Below are positions 1 to 11,812 of a stretch of 64,000 bases of DNA, piece by piece. The stretch comes from Octopus sinensis. Taxonomy: Eukaryota. The notes under the pieces are model-generated. The model had not been told where the DNA came from. It saw only the letters and a list, made by a program, of their open reading frames with translations, and did not search any database. Positions within the stretch are counted from its first letter, which is position 1; each line of letters starts with the position of its first letter. Where the stretch lies: NCBI RefSeq assembly GCF_006345805.1, contig NC_043015.1, positions 45,074,001 through 45,138,000 of the forward strand, given 5' to 3'. A program made the position numbers and the translations under genes.

Positions 1-304
1 ATCCTTGTTTATCTCAAATTCAATTATCACTGATCCAGGACAACTCAGTATGCTCAATTATGTACCGTTATGCTTATCAGAAATTGGTCTTTGATAACAT
101 GGGTTGGCAATCAGTCAAGAATTCTGCTTGGACCACAAAAGTGCACCACCAACAATGCTCAGGACAACTTGAAGCCTCAGAAGAAAATTTATTTTGCCCC
201 ATATGTCCTATTGTCTATTTATCGCTCATTCATTTAACATGGTGTTTTTAGAACTGAATACCTATGGTAAACGAGGATAGATGTGCCATTCAATTATTTT
301 ATAC

Positions 305-540
305 ATACTAGTTGTTAGCTTGTCTTTCTGGCAGATTCAGTTGAGCATCAGGTAGAATGCCTTACAGTATTTGCTCTGGCTTTTTATAGTCTGAGTTCAA
401 ATCCTACCAACATCAACTTTGCTTTTCACCCTTCTGGGGTCAATAAAATAAAGCACCAGTCAATTATTGGGGATCAGTGTAATCAACTGACCGGTTTCCA
501 CAAAATTTCTGGCTTTGTGACTTTGTAAGAAATTATTTAT
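305..540 (+). mobile_element. Degenerate tRNA-derived SINE (family A, Nin-domain-like)
   Basis: Head with B-box-like gagttcaaatcc followed by a decayed version of the ctttgcctttcatcctttcggggtcgataaa core seen in many other copies. Confidence 0.6.
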
Positions 541-1890
541 CCATTTCAAAAGAATTTCTCACAAATTTCCAATTAGTCAAAATAATCTTCAAAGATCAAC
601 ATGAATTAGTTGGCATTAGTTGATTGATTGACATGAGGTACAAAATATATAATCTCAGAGAAAGAAATGAAGGAATTTGTACATGGACGGAATGTTCTAC
701 ATAGATAAATTCCAATTTACCAAATAATCTTACTCATCACATGGGCGGAATGGTCTATATTGATAAATTCGAGTAAAACAAGTAATTTTACTCATCACAG
801 AGGTTCTGTTTCTATGGCTGGAATTCAGTATGGTGCAGCTCTGAAAGAAATCAAAGAGAAATTATGAGCACAATATGTAACTCTTGTAAAAATCCCACCC
901 CAATGATCACCCAGAGGTCCAGTCCTTGTTGCAGTGTGATGGTTTGTGTACCTTAATGACCCTCAGAGCTCTTCCAGTGAAGTTCAAGCTCCAGGTAGAA
1001 TTTCCCTTGCTGGACAGGTCAAAGGATAGAGGCCAGACTAATATGGATCACCTCTTCCCAGAAATAAAAATCGGTTTGTGAAAAAAGTCAGCAGCCACAA
1101 AAGGGCAAAATTACAGAATCACCCAACCTGGGAGACAAAGGCCTTCCATCAGGGAAACATATGAAGCAGAGTTGCAAAAGAAGGGATTCAAATGGAAAAA
1201 AGCAGGAAAGATAGACCAGAGTCAAGAACAGTGGATAAAAAAAATCATCAATGGTTAAGCTTCATAGACACCGAAGAGTTTAATTGGCAACCTTTCGTTT
1301 ATTTGTTTGGATTCTCTTTTGACTTAGTAATGTTGCTCTCAATCGCTTTAGAGAAAAATAAAGTTGAAATTCTAGAAATACTTTCAATGAGTTTCACAAA
1401 GAATCGCATTGTCAAACTCCCCACATTTGATAATGACTTAACAAATCTTTAGAATCATTGCTTTCTTCACATGCAGCTTCATCTATGTTGTGTACAAAGA
1501 GCCAAAAATAGCTTTGATTTTTGTGAAGACAAGTAAAAGAGTAAAGAGAGGACATTTAGTGATATTGTGAATAGCTGCTGGGTTGAATAAAAATATCAAT
1601 ATACACAGTTGAAGCAGCATTAAACTGAAATCCCTAAACATCACATCGCACAGAGGCCAGCTTGTTGCTCTGGCAACGATCACGCTCGTATGGTACTCTT
1701 AGTGCTCTACTAGCACGGATGCCAGTCATTGAATTTGATCTTAACCATTTGATACACCACTGACAGGGAAGATGCCTATCATTCTTGCAAACCACAGAAC
1801 TTCTATAAGAGATTTTATCTCAGATGAAAACTGCTGCATCTTGCCTGTCAACAGTGGGTATACATTAAGTATGATACATAGACGGCTATT

Positions 1891-1915
1891 TTAATTTAAT
1901 ATTTCAAGGCAGCAC
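1891..1915 (-). CDS. TMEM216: TMEM216/80-like probable last coding exon (RCCLEILN*)
   Basis: Acceptor gttctgtttctattacag fits the phase-2 end of exon 5; in-frame TAA at 1893-1891. Too short to confirm by homology. Confidence 0.55.
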
Positions 1916-1974
1916 CTGTAATAGAAACAGAACTAGTTGATTTTCACCACCACTGCCACCACCTCCAACAACAG

Positions 1975-2200
1975 CAGCATTTAACATCCACGTTCCATTT
2001 TGGTATGGGTTGGACAGTTTGACAGGATCTGATGGGTCCAAGGACTGCATTGAGCTCCATTGTGTCTGATTTAGCATGGTTCCTACAGCTGAATGCCCTT
2101 CCGAATGCCAACCACTTCACACTGTATACTGGATGCTTTTCTCATACCGACACTAGTAAGGTTGCCATGCAGCCCATAAAACTGCAAAACCTGAAGCTGG
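1975..2200 (-). mobile_element. RTE-LINE-related short 3' element
   Basis: Reverse complement of the recurrent ggttggcgttaggaagggcatccagctgtagaaac...ccaacccatgctagcatggaa...cgttaaa(tga)n end. Confidence 0.7.
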
Positions 2201-2237
2201 AGAGGAGGTTTCATGTAAAGGAGATGAGTGGTTAAAG

Positions 2238-2438
2238 CAGTGCTTTTCAAACTTTTTGCTGGAGCGGAACCCCAAGGAAACATTCCACTGGCTTGAGGAA
2301 CCCCTGTGCAATAATTTAATAGTTTTATGCACACATATCTGCACAGGAGAATTAAAAATTACTGCCGATTTTAGCAGTTTTGTAACTTCTTGAGGAACCC
2401 CTGGACTGTACTGGCAGAACCCTGGTTGAAAACCACTG
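2238..2438. mobile_element. hAT-type MITE, 201 bp
   Basis: TIRs CAGTGCTTTTCAA / TTGAAAACCACTG; perfect 8-bp TSD GGTTAAAG at 2230-2237 and 2439-2446. Confidence 0.85.
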
Positions 2439-2542
2439 GGTTAAAGTATAAGAGAAGGGAGGGGAACAAACAGCAGGAGGGGGTAGTATGAAGGAAAGGG
2501 GTAAGGCTCTTAAGTGTAATTTTGACAGTTAATGTTTCTTAC

Positions 2543-2744
2543 CTTGCAAATGTAATAATGAATAGAAGTCCAAAAATAAATTCTGCACCAATAAACGTTA
2601 TTTCAATTGCCGTCAAAATAACTTCCAGCTGCAGGACATAGGACTGCCAGAAAGTGAGATAAAGTGTTACACTCAATGAAGGTAGACTCAAGAAGATGCT
2701 CATTGCTACACCATTGATGCGTTCGGTGAGGTTACCCTTTTTGC
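2543..2744 (-). CDS. TMEM216: TMEM216/80-like exon 5 (GKKGNLTER...FIITFAR)
   Basis: ttcattgtag acceptor, gtaaga donor, 202 nt open frame; GxKGNL and WQxYVL family motifs, two hydrophobic helices. Confidence 0.93.
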
Positions 2745-2959
2745 CTACAATGAAACATGTTAAAACAAACCAGTCAGATGCAGGTAGACACAGAGAAAGT
2801 GTTGAGAAGACAATACTGGTGAAAGACTAACACAAAGTAGGACTTCATAGTTTACATTTAAGTCAGTGGTTCCCAAACTTTTTCAGCCCCAGGGTCATAT
2901 TCCTAGCGCCCCACCATCACTTGCCACCACAAACACAGACCACTTTCTGCAACAAACAC

Positions 2960-3262
2960 TGAACTGGCTCCTGTGCAGGTGGCACATAAAAAGCACCATT
3001 TGAGCGTGGCTGTTGCCAGTACCACCTGACTGGCCCTCGTGCCAGTGGCACATAAAAGCACCCACTATACTCTCAGATTGGTTGGCGTTAGGAAGGCATC
3101 CAGCTGTAGAAACTCTGCCAGATCAAATTGGAGTCTGGTGCAGCCATCTGGTTCACCAGTCCTCAGTCAAATCATCCAATCCATGCTAGCGTAGAAAGCA
3201 GACGTTAAACGATGATGATGGTGATGGTGGTGGTGGTGATGATGATGATGATGACGATGACG
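2960..3262 (+). mobile_element. RTE-related 3' element with (GAT)n tail
   Basis: Same family as 5540-5990 and 9255-9682; ends cgttaaacgatgatgatg. Confidence 0.8.
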
Positions 3263-3604
3263 TGACATTTAGGTATTTCAGTTTAATGCTGCTTCAACTG
3301 TGTACATTGATATTTTTATTCAACCCAGCAGCTATTTGCACTATCAATAAATGTCCTATTCACTGTTTCCAATATATATTGGAAATGACTAACTTCCTCT
3401 CGGCATGTATCTGTGAGTAAATGTTATTCACAAGGCCTGAGACAACCAAAATGAATCTGAGGCAAAAACAGCAGCATTTTGCCAGTCAACTCATGGCACT
3501 TGTTGCACCAGAACGAATCAAGTTTGAAAGACGAGAGGGTGGGACTGGCTCTGCGCAAACCATGCAAGCCACTATAACATCATGCAGGTTGTTCAGTGCA
3601 CCGG

Positions 3605-3845
3605 AACCAATACCTATTTCTTTACTACCCACAAGGGGCTAAACATAGAGGGAACAAACAAGGACAGACAGACGGATTGAGTTGATTATATCGACCCCAG
3701 TGCGTAAATGGTACTTTATTTATCGACCCCAAAGGATGAAAGGCAAAGTCGACCTCGGCAGAATTTGAACTCAGAACGTAGTGACAGACGAAATACTGCT
3801 AAGCATTTCGCCCGGCATGCTAACGTTTCTGCCAGCTTGCCGCCT
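3605..3845 (-). mobile_element. Full-length tRNA-derived SINE family A
   Basis: Minus strand ggcggcaagctggcagaaacg (A-box) ... gagttcaaattc (B-box) ... cctttcatcctttggggtcgataaa core ... gtaaagaaatagg end. Confidence 0.85.
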
Positions 3846-4560
3846 TCAATACCATCACACTTTCTTCATAAGTCCAGCAGTGACAGGGAAAGAGGTGGTG
3901 GAAATAGGTAAAGAATGCTACTAGAAGTTTTCAACTTCAACCCTGCACATAGGTGACCATAGGGTGACGGTCATTTTTGTGACTTGCTGGACTTTCAATC
4001 ATCGATGGCAGCAGGGGGTTCCCTCGTTGTTTCAATGAAAGAGAGTCCAGCAAGACACAAAGCCTCAATAGTAAATTAAAAGTTACCTTCTCGAGTCATG
4101 CTGACACACAAGGGCCAGTTTCCCGGTTTCATGGCATATAAAATCCCTACTTGGACGGGATGCCAGTCTGTCACAGAATTCCTCATTTTTGCCAGCTGAG
4201 TGGACTGGAACAATGTGAAATGAAATGTTTTGCTCAAGAATACAAGGCGTTGCCTGGTCCAGGAATTGAAACCACAATCTTATGATCATGAGTCCAACAC
4301 CCTAACCACTAAGCCACCACAATGATTCATAGATGATTATATATGGTGCTTATTTTTCAACTTGCCAGGCTGAGCTAACGAAAATTAAAGGTCAACCATA
4401 AAACTAATTTCAAGCTGTTACGTCAACATTTTAGGGTCTGGGATTACTGAGGCTTTCAACAATGTACTTAAATGGTTTAGAAGATGAAGCCATTCCCCAA
4501 CTTTGATTTCAGAGATTCCGGCACAAATTAAACATGAGGAAAATATTTCTTAGACCTTAC

Positions 4561-4653
4561 CAAAGAAAATCCGGAATTGCTCAATGATCAACAAGAGGAA
4601 GAGCAGCAGCACTTCAAGACTCAAAACTCCTGGAGCATAGGGTAGTGTTTCAC
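4561..4653 (-). CDS. TMEM216: TMEM216/80-like exon 4 (GETLPYAPGVLSLEVLLLFLLLIIEQFRIFFG)
   Basis: tacag acceptor, gtaagg donor, 93 nt phase 1-1; matches the LPY...RxFFG family segment; lies inside track ORF 4550-4735. Confidence 0.93.
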
Positions 4654-5208
4654 CTGTACCATAAAGAAATATATATGTATATTCATGCATGACTTCAATG
4701 AGCAGTACCAAACAGAAAGATAAGAGGTAATACAAATATGCAGATATATATCATCATCATCATCATCGTTTAGCGTCCGTTTTCCATGCTAGCATGGGTT
4801 GGACGGTTCTACTGGGGTCTGTGAAGCCAGAAGGCTTCATCAGGCCCAGTCAAATCTGGCAGTGTTTCTACGGCTGGATGCCCTTCCTAACGCCAACCAT
4901 TATATATATATAATAATAATAATTATTATTATTATTTGAGGGAATAAAATCCAAACTTACAAGGAAAAAGAATTCAATTTAGAAATACTAAATCAAATTC
5001 CACACAATATAATATATATATAAAAAATATTAGAAAAAAACCATCTTTTATCAATTCAAAATGAATAATTAAATTACACCATCTAGAAAATTATATATAA
5101 TAGAAAAATTAAAATTAAAATAACAATAAAAAGTAAAGATTAAGTAAATTACAAGAATAATGTAATGTATATAATAGGTAGAAAAACATATATATATATG
5201 TAAGTACC

Positions 5209-5990
5209 TTGAGAGAAAAGTTGGACCTAAGAGGCATCAGATGTGGTGTGCAAGAGAGACAACTGCGCTGGTATGGTCATGTGGTGAGAATGGAGGAGGA
5301 TAGCTGTGTAAGAGATAGACTCAGAAAGACCTGGGATGAGGTGGTGAAGCATGTCCTTCAAATATTAGGCCTCACCAAGGCAATGACTAGGGACCGAGAC
5401 CTTTGGAAATATGCAGTGCATGAGAAGACCCGGCAAGCCAAGTGAGACCATAACCAGCCCACTTATGCGTACCTTTCCTTCATTGGACACTAAACTCTGC
5501 TTGCGAAGACCTGTTGAGGCAAGTGAAATTGAAATCAAATCAAATTCGCAAATTCAATGACTGGCACCCATGCGAGTGGAGCGCTAAGAGCACCATACGA
5601 GCGTGATCGCTGCCAGAGAAGCTGACCGGCATCCATGCCAGTGGCACGTAAAAAGCACCATTCAAACGTGATTGTTACCAGCGTCGCCTGAAAAACCTTT
5701 GAGTGAGGTTGTTGCCAGTGGCACTGGACTGGCTCCTGTGCATGTGGCATGTAAAAAATACCACTTGAGCGTGGCCACTGCCAGTACCACCTGACTGGCC
5801 CTCATGCTGGTGGCATGTAAAAGCACCCACTACACTCTCAGAGTGGTTGGCGTTAGGAAGGGCATCCAGCTGTAGAAACTCTGCCAGATCAGATTGGAGC
5901 CTGGTGCAGCCATCTGGTTCGCCAGTCTTCAGTCAAATCGTCCAACCCATGCTAGCATGGAAAGCAGACGTTAAATGATGATGATGATGA
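5209..5990 (+). mobile_element. RTE-clade LINE 3' fragment (ORF C-terminus, 3' UTR, (GAT)n tail)
   Basis: RQLRWYGHVVRM...RKTWDEVV...DRDLWK is the typical RTE ORF C-terminus; it runs directly into the abundant GAT-tailed repeat. Confidence 0.85.
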
Positions 5991-6437
5991 TATATATATA
6001 TATATATATATAAATTATTATATATACATACGGGGTGCAAAGTGAATAAAAATGATTTAAATATATAGAAGGATATTATTGTTTACAATAATATTAGTGG
6101 TTTCGCATGCATAAAAAATATATTTTTATACAATGTTGGTAAATATATCAGTTCAAATAAGATGTCAGTGTTATTTTCATTTTTGCGTATTTTAGATGAC
6201 AATTTTTTCACTGCAGCCTGCATGCATCAATCACCATTGCTATTTTAATATGCTCTTTGCCATCCTTGCATGGCTCACACAGAGTTTATTGAGGCAGATT
6301 TCCCATGCCTAAATGCCCTTTCAATTGCCAACCTTCACCTGTTTTCAAGCAAGATAATGTAATATTTCTCCACAGCCAGACAGGTTTTTGCAGCACACTA
6401 AAAGTGAATGACATCATGTGTATGGCAGTGATGCTCA

Positions 6438-6985
6438 TTTACATTATGAATTCAAATTCCGCCTTTTGGAGTTGATAAAATAAGTTCCAGTTGAACATTG
6501 GGGTTGGTGTAATCGACTGACACTCCCCTGAAATTACTGGCTTTGTGCCAAAATTTGAAATCAATATTTGAAGCCCTGAAAGGGTGCAAGCTGGTGGAAC
6601 TATTAGCACACTGGGCAAAATGATTAGTGGCATTTCATCTGTCTTTACATTATGAATTCAAATTCCACCTTTTGGAGTTGATAGAATAAGTTCCAGTTGA
6701 ACATTGGGGTTGGTGTAATCGACTGACACTCCCCTGAAATTACTGGCTTTGTGCCAAAATTTGAAATCAATATTTGAAGCCCTGAAAGGGTGCAAGCTGG
6801 TGGAACTATTAGCACACTGGGCAAAATGATTAGTGGCATTTCATCTGTCTTTACATTATGAATTCAAATTCCACCTTTTGGAGTTGATAGAATAAGTTCC
6901 AGTTGAACATTGGGGTTGGTGTAGTCGACTGACACTCCCCTGAAATTACTGGCTTTGTGCCAAAATTTGAAATCAATATTTGAAG
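6438..6985 (+). repeat. Tandem repeat, 206-bp unit x about 2.7, a circularly permuted SINE family A
   Basis: Unit starts tttacattatgaattcaaattcc at 6438, 6644 and 6850; near-identical units (explains the twin ORFs 6439-6633 and 6645-6839). Confidence 0.9.
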
Positions 6986-7086
6986 TGCACTAATTCTCCG
7001 GAAGATTTAACACCATGGCATTAAATTAGCAGGAAAGTATAATTTCACAATTCTTAGCAAAATCTTATGGAAGTAATTCTACTCAC

Positions 7087-7180
7087 CTTTGAATATAAAG
7101 ATAAATATTTCAAGAATAAAAAATAATCCAAAGTACCATTGGTTAAGGAAGAGTAGAATCTGGTAAGACAACGAGGATCT
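7087..7180 (-). CDS. TMEM216: TMEM216/80-like exon 3 (RSSLSYQILLFLNQWYFGLFFILEIFIFIFKG)
   Basis: caccag acceptor, gtgagt donor, 94 nt; matches LSSxPLQILFxLNxWY...FKG; missed by the ORF track. Confidence 0.93.
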
Positions 7181-8278
7181 CTGGTGATGGAATCAAGAAG
7201 AATAACGAAAGGGTTTCATGAAGATAAAAGCAGGAATTATTTTCTAATTATCATTAAAACCGTTATACCCTCAAGTTTTGCTTTGTACTTTTAGTTTCCA
7301 TGAGATATCTTACAACGAGGGCTTGAAGAATTATCTATATTTAATTTTTTTAGAATTAGACACAAGACAGTGCTTTGTAGGAAAGCAAGATATCCTCTTC
7401 CTCCTCATCATCATTGTTTTAATGCCCACTTTTCCATGCCTGCTTGGGTTAAACTGAATTTGTGGAGGCAGGTTTTGTACAGCTTGAAACACTTTCTTTC
7501 ATCAACCCTCACCTGTTTTTGAATAGGGTAAAATTTCCCCAAGGGTAGACAGTTTTCACAAAAGGTTGGAAACAAAGGACACCACTTGTACGATGGTAAT
7601 GCAATTCTGTGCCCTTAATCACGTTGCGTAGCCCTTTTACTCTTCAACTTCGATGAAATTAGTACTGATTCGGTTTGATTGACCATGTTTGTCATCTGAA
7701 CGGACAAAAATTACGAGGGGATTTCAAGACAAGGAGACATGAACGCATGCATACATACATGTATATTTTGGAGTTTCAACATAGATTGTCATATCTATGG
7801 TGGAACACTGATGAGGTGAATGCATGATTGCACAATGTCTCTACTTGTTATGTAATCATTTCAGTATTTTAATGAAACACATGTATGTCCTATAAAACCT
7901 TGAATACTACACCTGTTTTCTGCTTATTATTTTAGATATATATTTATAACATATTTATAACATAAAGGAATAAAACTATTAAACACAGAGCTGTTCAATT
8001 TGCTTCAAAAACCATTAGGGGTAATACCTTAAATAAACACTGTTTGATGACATGAACTACACAATTGAACAAGTCATTTCTCTACTTAAGTACTAAAGTA
8101 TAATTTCAAGGAGATTTGACTTATATTTCTAGCAAGTCAGAAGACCATGCAGAAGTTTTTATTGATGTGATGTCACAAAGTTGGCTCTGTTTGCAAATTG
8201 GACATGATAGAAATCAGTTTCATAATTAAAGACAAGGAGCAAGTTCCAAGGAATGCGATTCAAATTTGAAAAGGATAC
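7181..8278 (-). other. U12-type (minor spliceosome) GT-AG intron, 1098 nt
   Basis: 5' site GTATCCTTTT (consensus RTATCCTTT); branch-point-like TTCTTGAT with its A at -13; no polypyrimidine tract before CCAG; phases of flanking exons match. Confidence 0.8.
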
Positions 8279-8295
8279 AATAGTAGTGCTACAGC
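8279..8295 (-). CDS. TMEM216: TMEM216/80-like exon 2, 17-nt micro-exon (G-CSTTI)
   Basis: Strong acceptor ttttctgttttattttttag and U12 donor; 17 nt converts the phase-1 end of exon 1 to the phase-0 start of exon 3. Confidence 0.78.
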
Positions 8296-8324
8296 CTAAA
8301 AAATAAAACAGAAAAAAATTAAAA

Positions 8325-8875
8325 TTTTTAGTTAAAAATGTTAGTGGAATTCTGGTTCTAGCATCCCATATAACCCCACATAAAATTTTTTTTTTGGGAT
8401 TTTCAGAAAACCTTTGCAACTTCGTGTTCTGCACACAGGAATTCATATGATTATGCAAAAGAAAAAAATTTTTTGTGCATATGATTTAAGAGCAATTTAC
8501 CAGTGATTTTTAGCATATCTCACAAGCACCTGATGTCTTCCTCATTACTTTGTCACTCTGACATGTTTTGATGCTTTTCAATATTTTTCTCCCCATAAAC
8601 ACATTTAATGGAATGATGAAGCACTCAAGAGTGGTCCATTGCTGGGATTTAAGCTCAAAAATTCGGACTGACCGTATTTTAAACTCTGATTTAAAAAAAA
8701 AAAAAAAAAGGAGAAAGAATGGAACTTCTAGGATTTATGGGGGATGGGGTTTAAAAATTTTTTTTTAAATTACAAATATGCAAAATTTTTCTGAAAATTC
8801 CAATAAAATTAAAAGTTATGAGGGGTTATAAGAGGTAGTTAAACCAGAATTCCACCTAAATGTCATTTTTAAATG
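8325..8875. mobile_element. Inverted-repeat (MITE/foldback-like) element with about 100-bp imperfect arms
   Basis: gtggaattctggtt...ataacccc...ttttcagaaaa (about 8325-8430) is mirrored by ttttctgaaaa...ggggttat...aaccagaattccac (about 8770-8875). Confidence 0.6.
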
Positions 8876-9254
8876 TTTTAATTTGAAACAGACTACAAGC
8901 TATAATAAAGAAAATCTCCAGAAATTTCTCAATGAGGAAATTTTACCCTGTTTTTTTTTCCCTTTTGGTACAGTAATGCTAAATTTAATCCTTGTGCTGA
9001 AAATGTTAATATATGCAATAGACTGATATATTTTTATTTGCAGATAAACTAAATTCAAAATAAAACCTGGCAATATATGTGAGAACTTATAATAAATCAA
9101 AATATTGAGCCAATATACATCATCATCATTTAACATCTACTTTTCCATGCTTGCATGGGTCAGACAGAATTTGTTGAGGCAGATTTTCAATGGCAGGATG
9201 CTCTTCCTGTTGCCAAGCTGCACCTGTTTCCAAAATCAATATTAATCAAATATA

Positions 9255-9682
9255 CGAGCGTGATCATTGACAGAGCGGCTAACTGACTTCCGTGCCAGTG
9301 GCATTTAAAGGGTACCATTCGAGCGTGATCGTTACCAGCGTCGCCTTACTGGCACTTGTGCCCGTGCTAGTAGGGTGCCAAGAGCACCATCCAAATGTGA
9401 TCATTACCAACGTCGCCTTACTGGCACCTGTGCTGGTGGCATGTGTAAAAGGATTTGAGCTAGGTCGTTGCCAGCACCGCTTGACTGGCCCCCGTGCCGG
9501 TGGCACGTAAAAAGCACCCACTATACTCTCGGAGTGGTTGGCATTAGGAAGGGCATCCAGCTGTAGAAACTCTGCCAAATCAAGATTGGAGACTGGTGCA
9601 ACCATCTGGTTCGCCAGCCCTCAGCCAAAATCGTCCAACCCATGATAGCATGGAAAGCAGATGTTAAACGATGATGATGATA
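9255..9682 (+). mobile_element. RTE-related 3' element with internal sub-repeats and (GAT)n tail
   Basis: Repeated gagcgtgatcgtt / cgtcgccttactggcac blocks then the standard 3' end; a near-mirror copy lies at 53523-54000 (-). Confidence 0.8.
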
Positions 9683-11034
9683 AATATTGTTTTCATTTTT
9701 TTCTCAACAAGTATGGAAGATAATTTTACATGTTTTGGTATTATTCTGATCTCATCATCAAAGCTTAAGCTTTGCCCATATTTGACAAAGTCATGATGAT
9801 TGAATCACTACATACATTTTACATCCACTTTCCATGTTGATATGGTTTGGACAGGACTTCACATTCCCAGTATTTCTTAGGTTAGAGGCAGGAGTGTAGT
9901 TGGAGAGGGTGTGCCATGGAATGGGAGCAGTCTGCTCTGGGCAACACTATTACGTGGGTCAACACTTTTGGGTTTGCTGTATAAACCTGTATTGAAGACG
10001 AAACAGTATGGGGGTGGGGACAGACTCAAGGGCTGCTCCAGGTAGCACACGTACTAGCTATGCTACTTGTTGGAGGATGATTATTCAATCACAGGTTCCA
10101 TTTTTGGCACCACTTCTATGGCTGGGGCCCCTTACTGAATTATATGCATTAAATTAACACTTTTTTTAACGGATTAAAATTTTTTTTATGTTTACTCAAA
10201 AACATTGTTTTAGTGTGATTAGCCACAGATAACCGAGTCTACTTAGACAAATCTTACTGGGACTAAGATTTTGGTTAAGTGCTGAACTCAAAACTATAAT
10301 TGGCCAAGTTTATTACGAAATCAACTTGCAATATAAAATTATATTGTCCCGTGACTCTAACATAGGCATTTAACTCTTAGAGAAGTTGTTTACCTAGAAA
10401 TGATGCTGGGGATAGTCGCTGTCGAATATTTCATTAAACTCCATCCGGCAGGCTTCCACACAGGTTCAATCAACCCCATTTCAGTCACAAGGCCTGGGGG
10501 TTGCCTGGAAGATACACTAAAAAAAAAAAATACTTGCTTGAGATGCCCCACAGTGAGATTGATCTGTGACTGCGAAGTGAATCGAGCCTTGTTACATACT
10601 GTATCACATTCATTATATCTGAGAATTAATGAGGATACATGTGTTTGTGGAATGTTCAGCCACTTATATACTAATTCAATAAGTTGTTCAGTTGATTGAA
10701 CAACTGAAAATCCCTGATTGAAACTGACAGAGATCCGTTGCTAAATTGCAGCCATGGAATCACATCCCTCATCCCAAAGTGTAAAAACAAACTTTTTGTT
10801 TTTGCTTTGGAAGAGAATGATATAAGCTATCCTCTACCCTAATATATCCGTTTACTGTCACAATGTTATGTATTATACTGATAATTCTTAGTACTGCTTC
10901 CTGCCCCAGTGGTATCTAAGATAAACAACCCACGAGTTCAGTGCGTTATTTCATCAGCTATACAAGTTTATTCCTCGTGAACAACGAGATGAAGATAAGT
11001 TAGGGCATACCGACACAAGTGTCTCCCTCACAAC

Positions 11035-11715
11035 CATTTTCTTTCTTCGTAACTTCCAGGAAAATGGATATTTTGTAATCAAAACTTCTACAAATACGCT
11101 TCAGAGGGTCTAGATTCTGATTATATCTGAATTGGCGTAACTTCAGTATAAGTACCGGATACATTTTAAGAAAGTTTTTTTTTTTTAAATATATATATGG
11201 GGTTAGGGTAGGGGTGGGAGGAAAGGGTTTCTGTTATCTTCAGAAATGTAAACAAAGCCACTTCCGTTACTTACGGTACCTATACCGAAGGATCGCCTCG
11301 GAATTTATTGTGGACAAAATCTTGCCGTCGGTGGGGAGATGATTTGGGGGGGGGGAACTCATACAAGTTTCGTTTTTTCATAACTTTCATAAAAATGGGT
11401 ATTTTTCTATGAAATTTTCTATAGATATCTTTCAGAGTGTGTAGATTACGATTATATAAGAATTTAATACCAAAAACAAAAAAAAAATTGGTGAGTTTCA
11501 CACATACATACTGACACTCGGTACGTTTATCAACAAAACGAAACTCGAAATTTCGACAAAAAAAAACGTAATATGTATCAGTACTTATGAATGCATGCTC
11601 ACCATTTTTCTTTTCACATCAAATTCCGAGATAATTGTAGGTTAGATACTCTGAAAGGTATTTGTAGAAAATTTCATTAAAAAATACCCGTTTTTCTGAA
11701 AGTTACGAGGAAAAA
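11035..11715. mobile_element. Palindromic repeat element: three related modules of about 100 bp (two direct, one inverted)
   Basis: taactt(t)ca..aaaatgg.tattt...aaa.tt.ta.a.ata..ttcagag module near 11045 and 11375; inverted copy near 11610-11712; ggggttagggt motifs nearby. Confidence 0.6.
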
Positions 11716-11812
11716 AGTCGGGGTTAGGGTGGATGCACACTTATGTAGGTAAGCCAAAATTAGAACTATTCGAGAAAGAAAATGTATTAACGTATCAAAT
11801 GCATAAATATAC

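Noticed and set aside
1-1600. Short ORFs 60-251, 1192-1452 and 1483-1683
   Set aside because: No recognisable domains; region is more consistent with TMEM216 3' UTR or intergenic sequence with SINE fragments
1664-1677. Perfect X-box GTTGCTCTGGCAAC
   Set aside because: Lies inside an RTE-related repeat fragment downstream of the gene; similar words occur in other copies
7314-7321. Alternative 8-nt micro-exon (CCCTCGTT) that also restores frame
   Set aside because: Weak acceptor with a nearby upstream AG, and it does not explain the U12-type branch site at exon 3; the 8279-8295 exon does
8159-8458. 99-aa minus-strand ORF
   Set aside because: Read-through of the micro-exon into flanking intron and MITE sequence; not an independent gene
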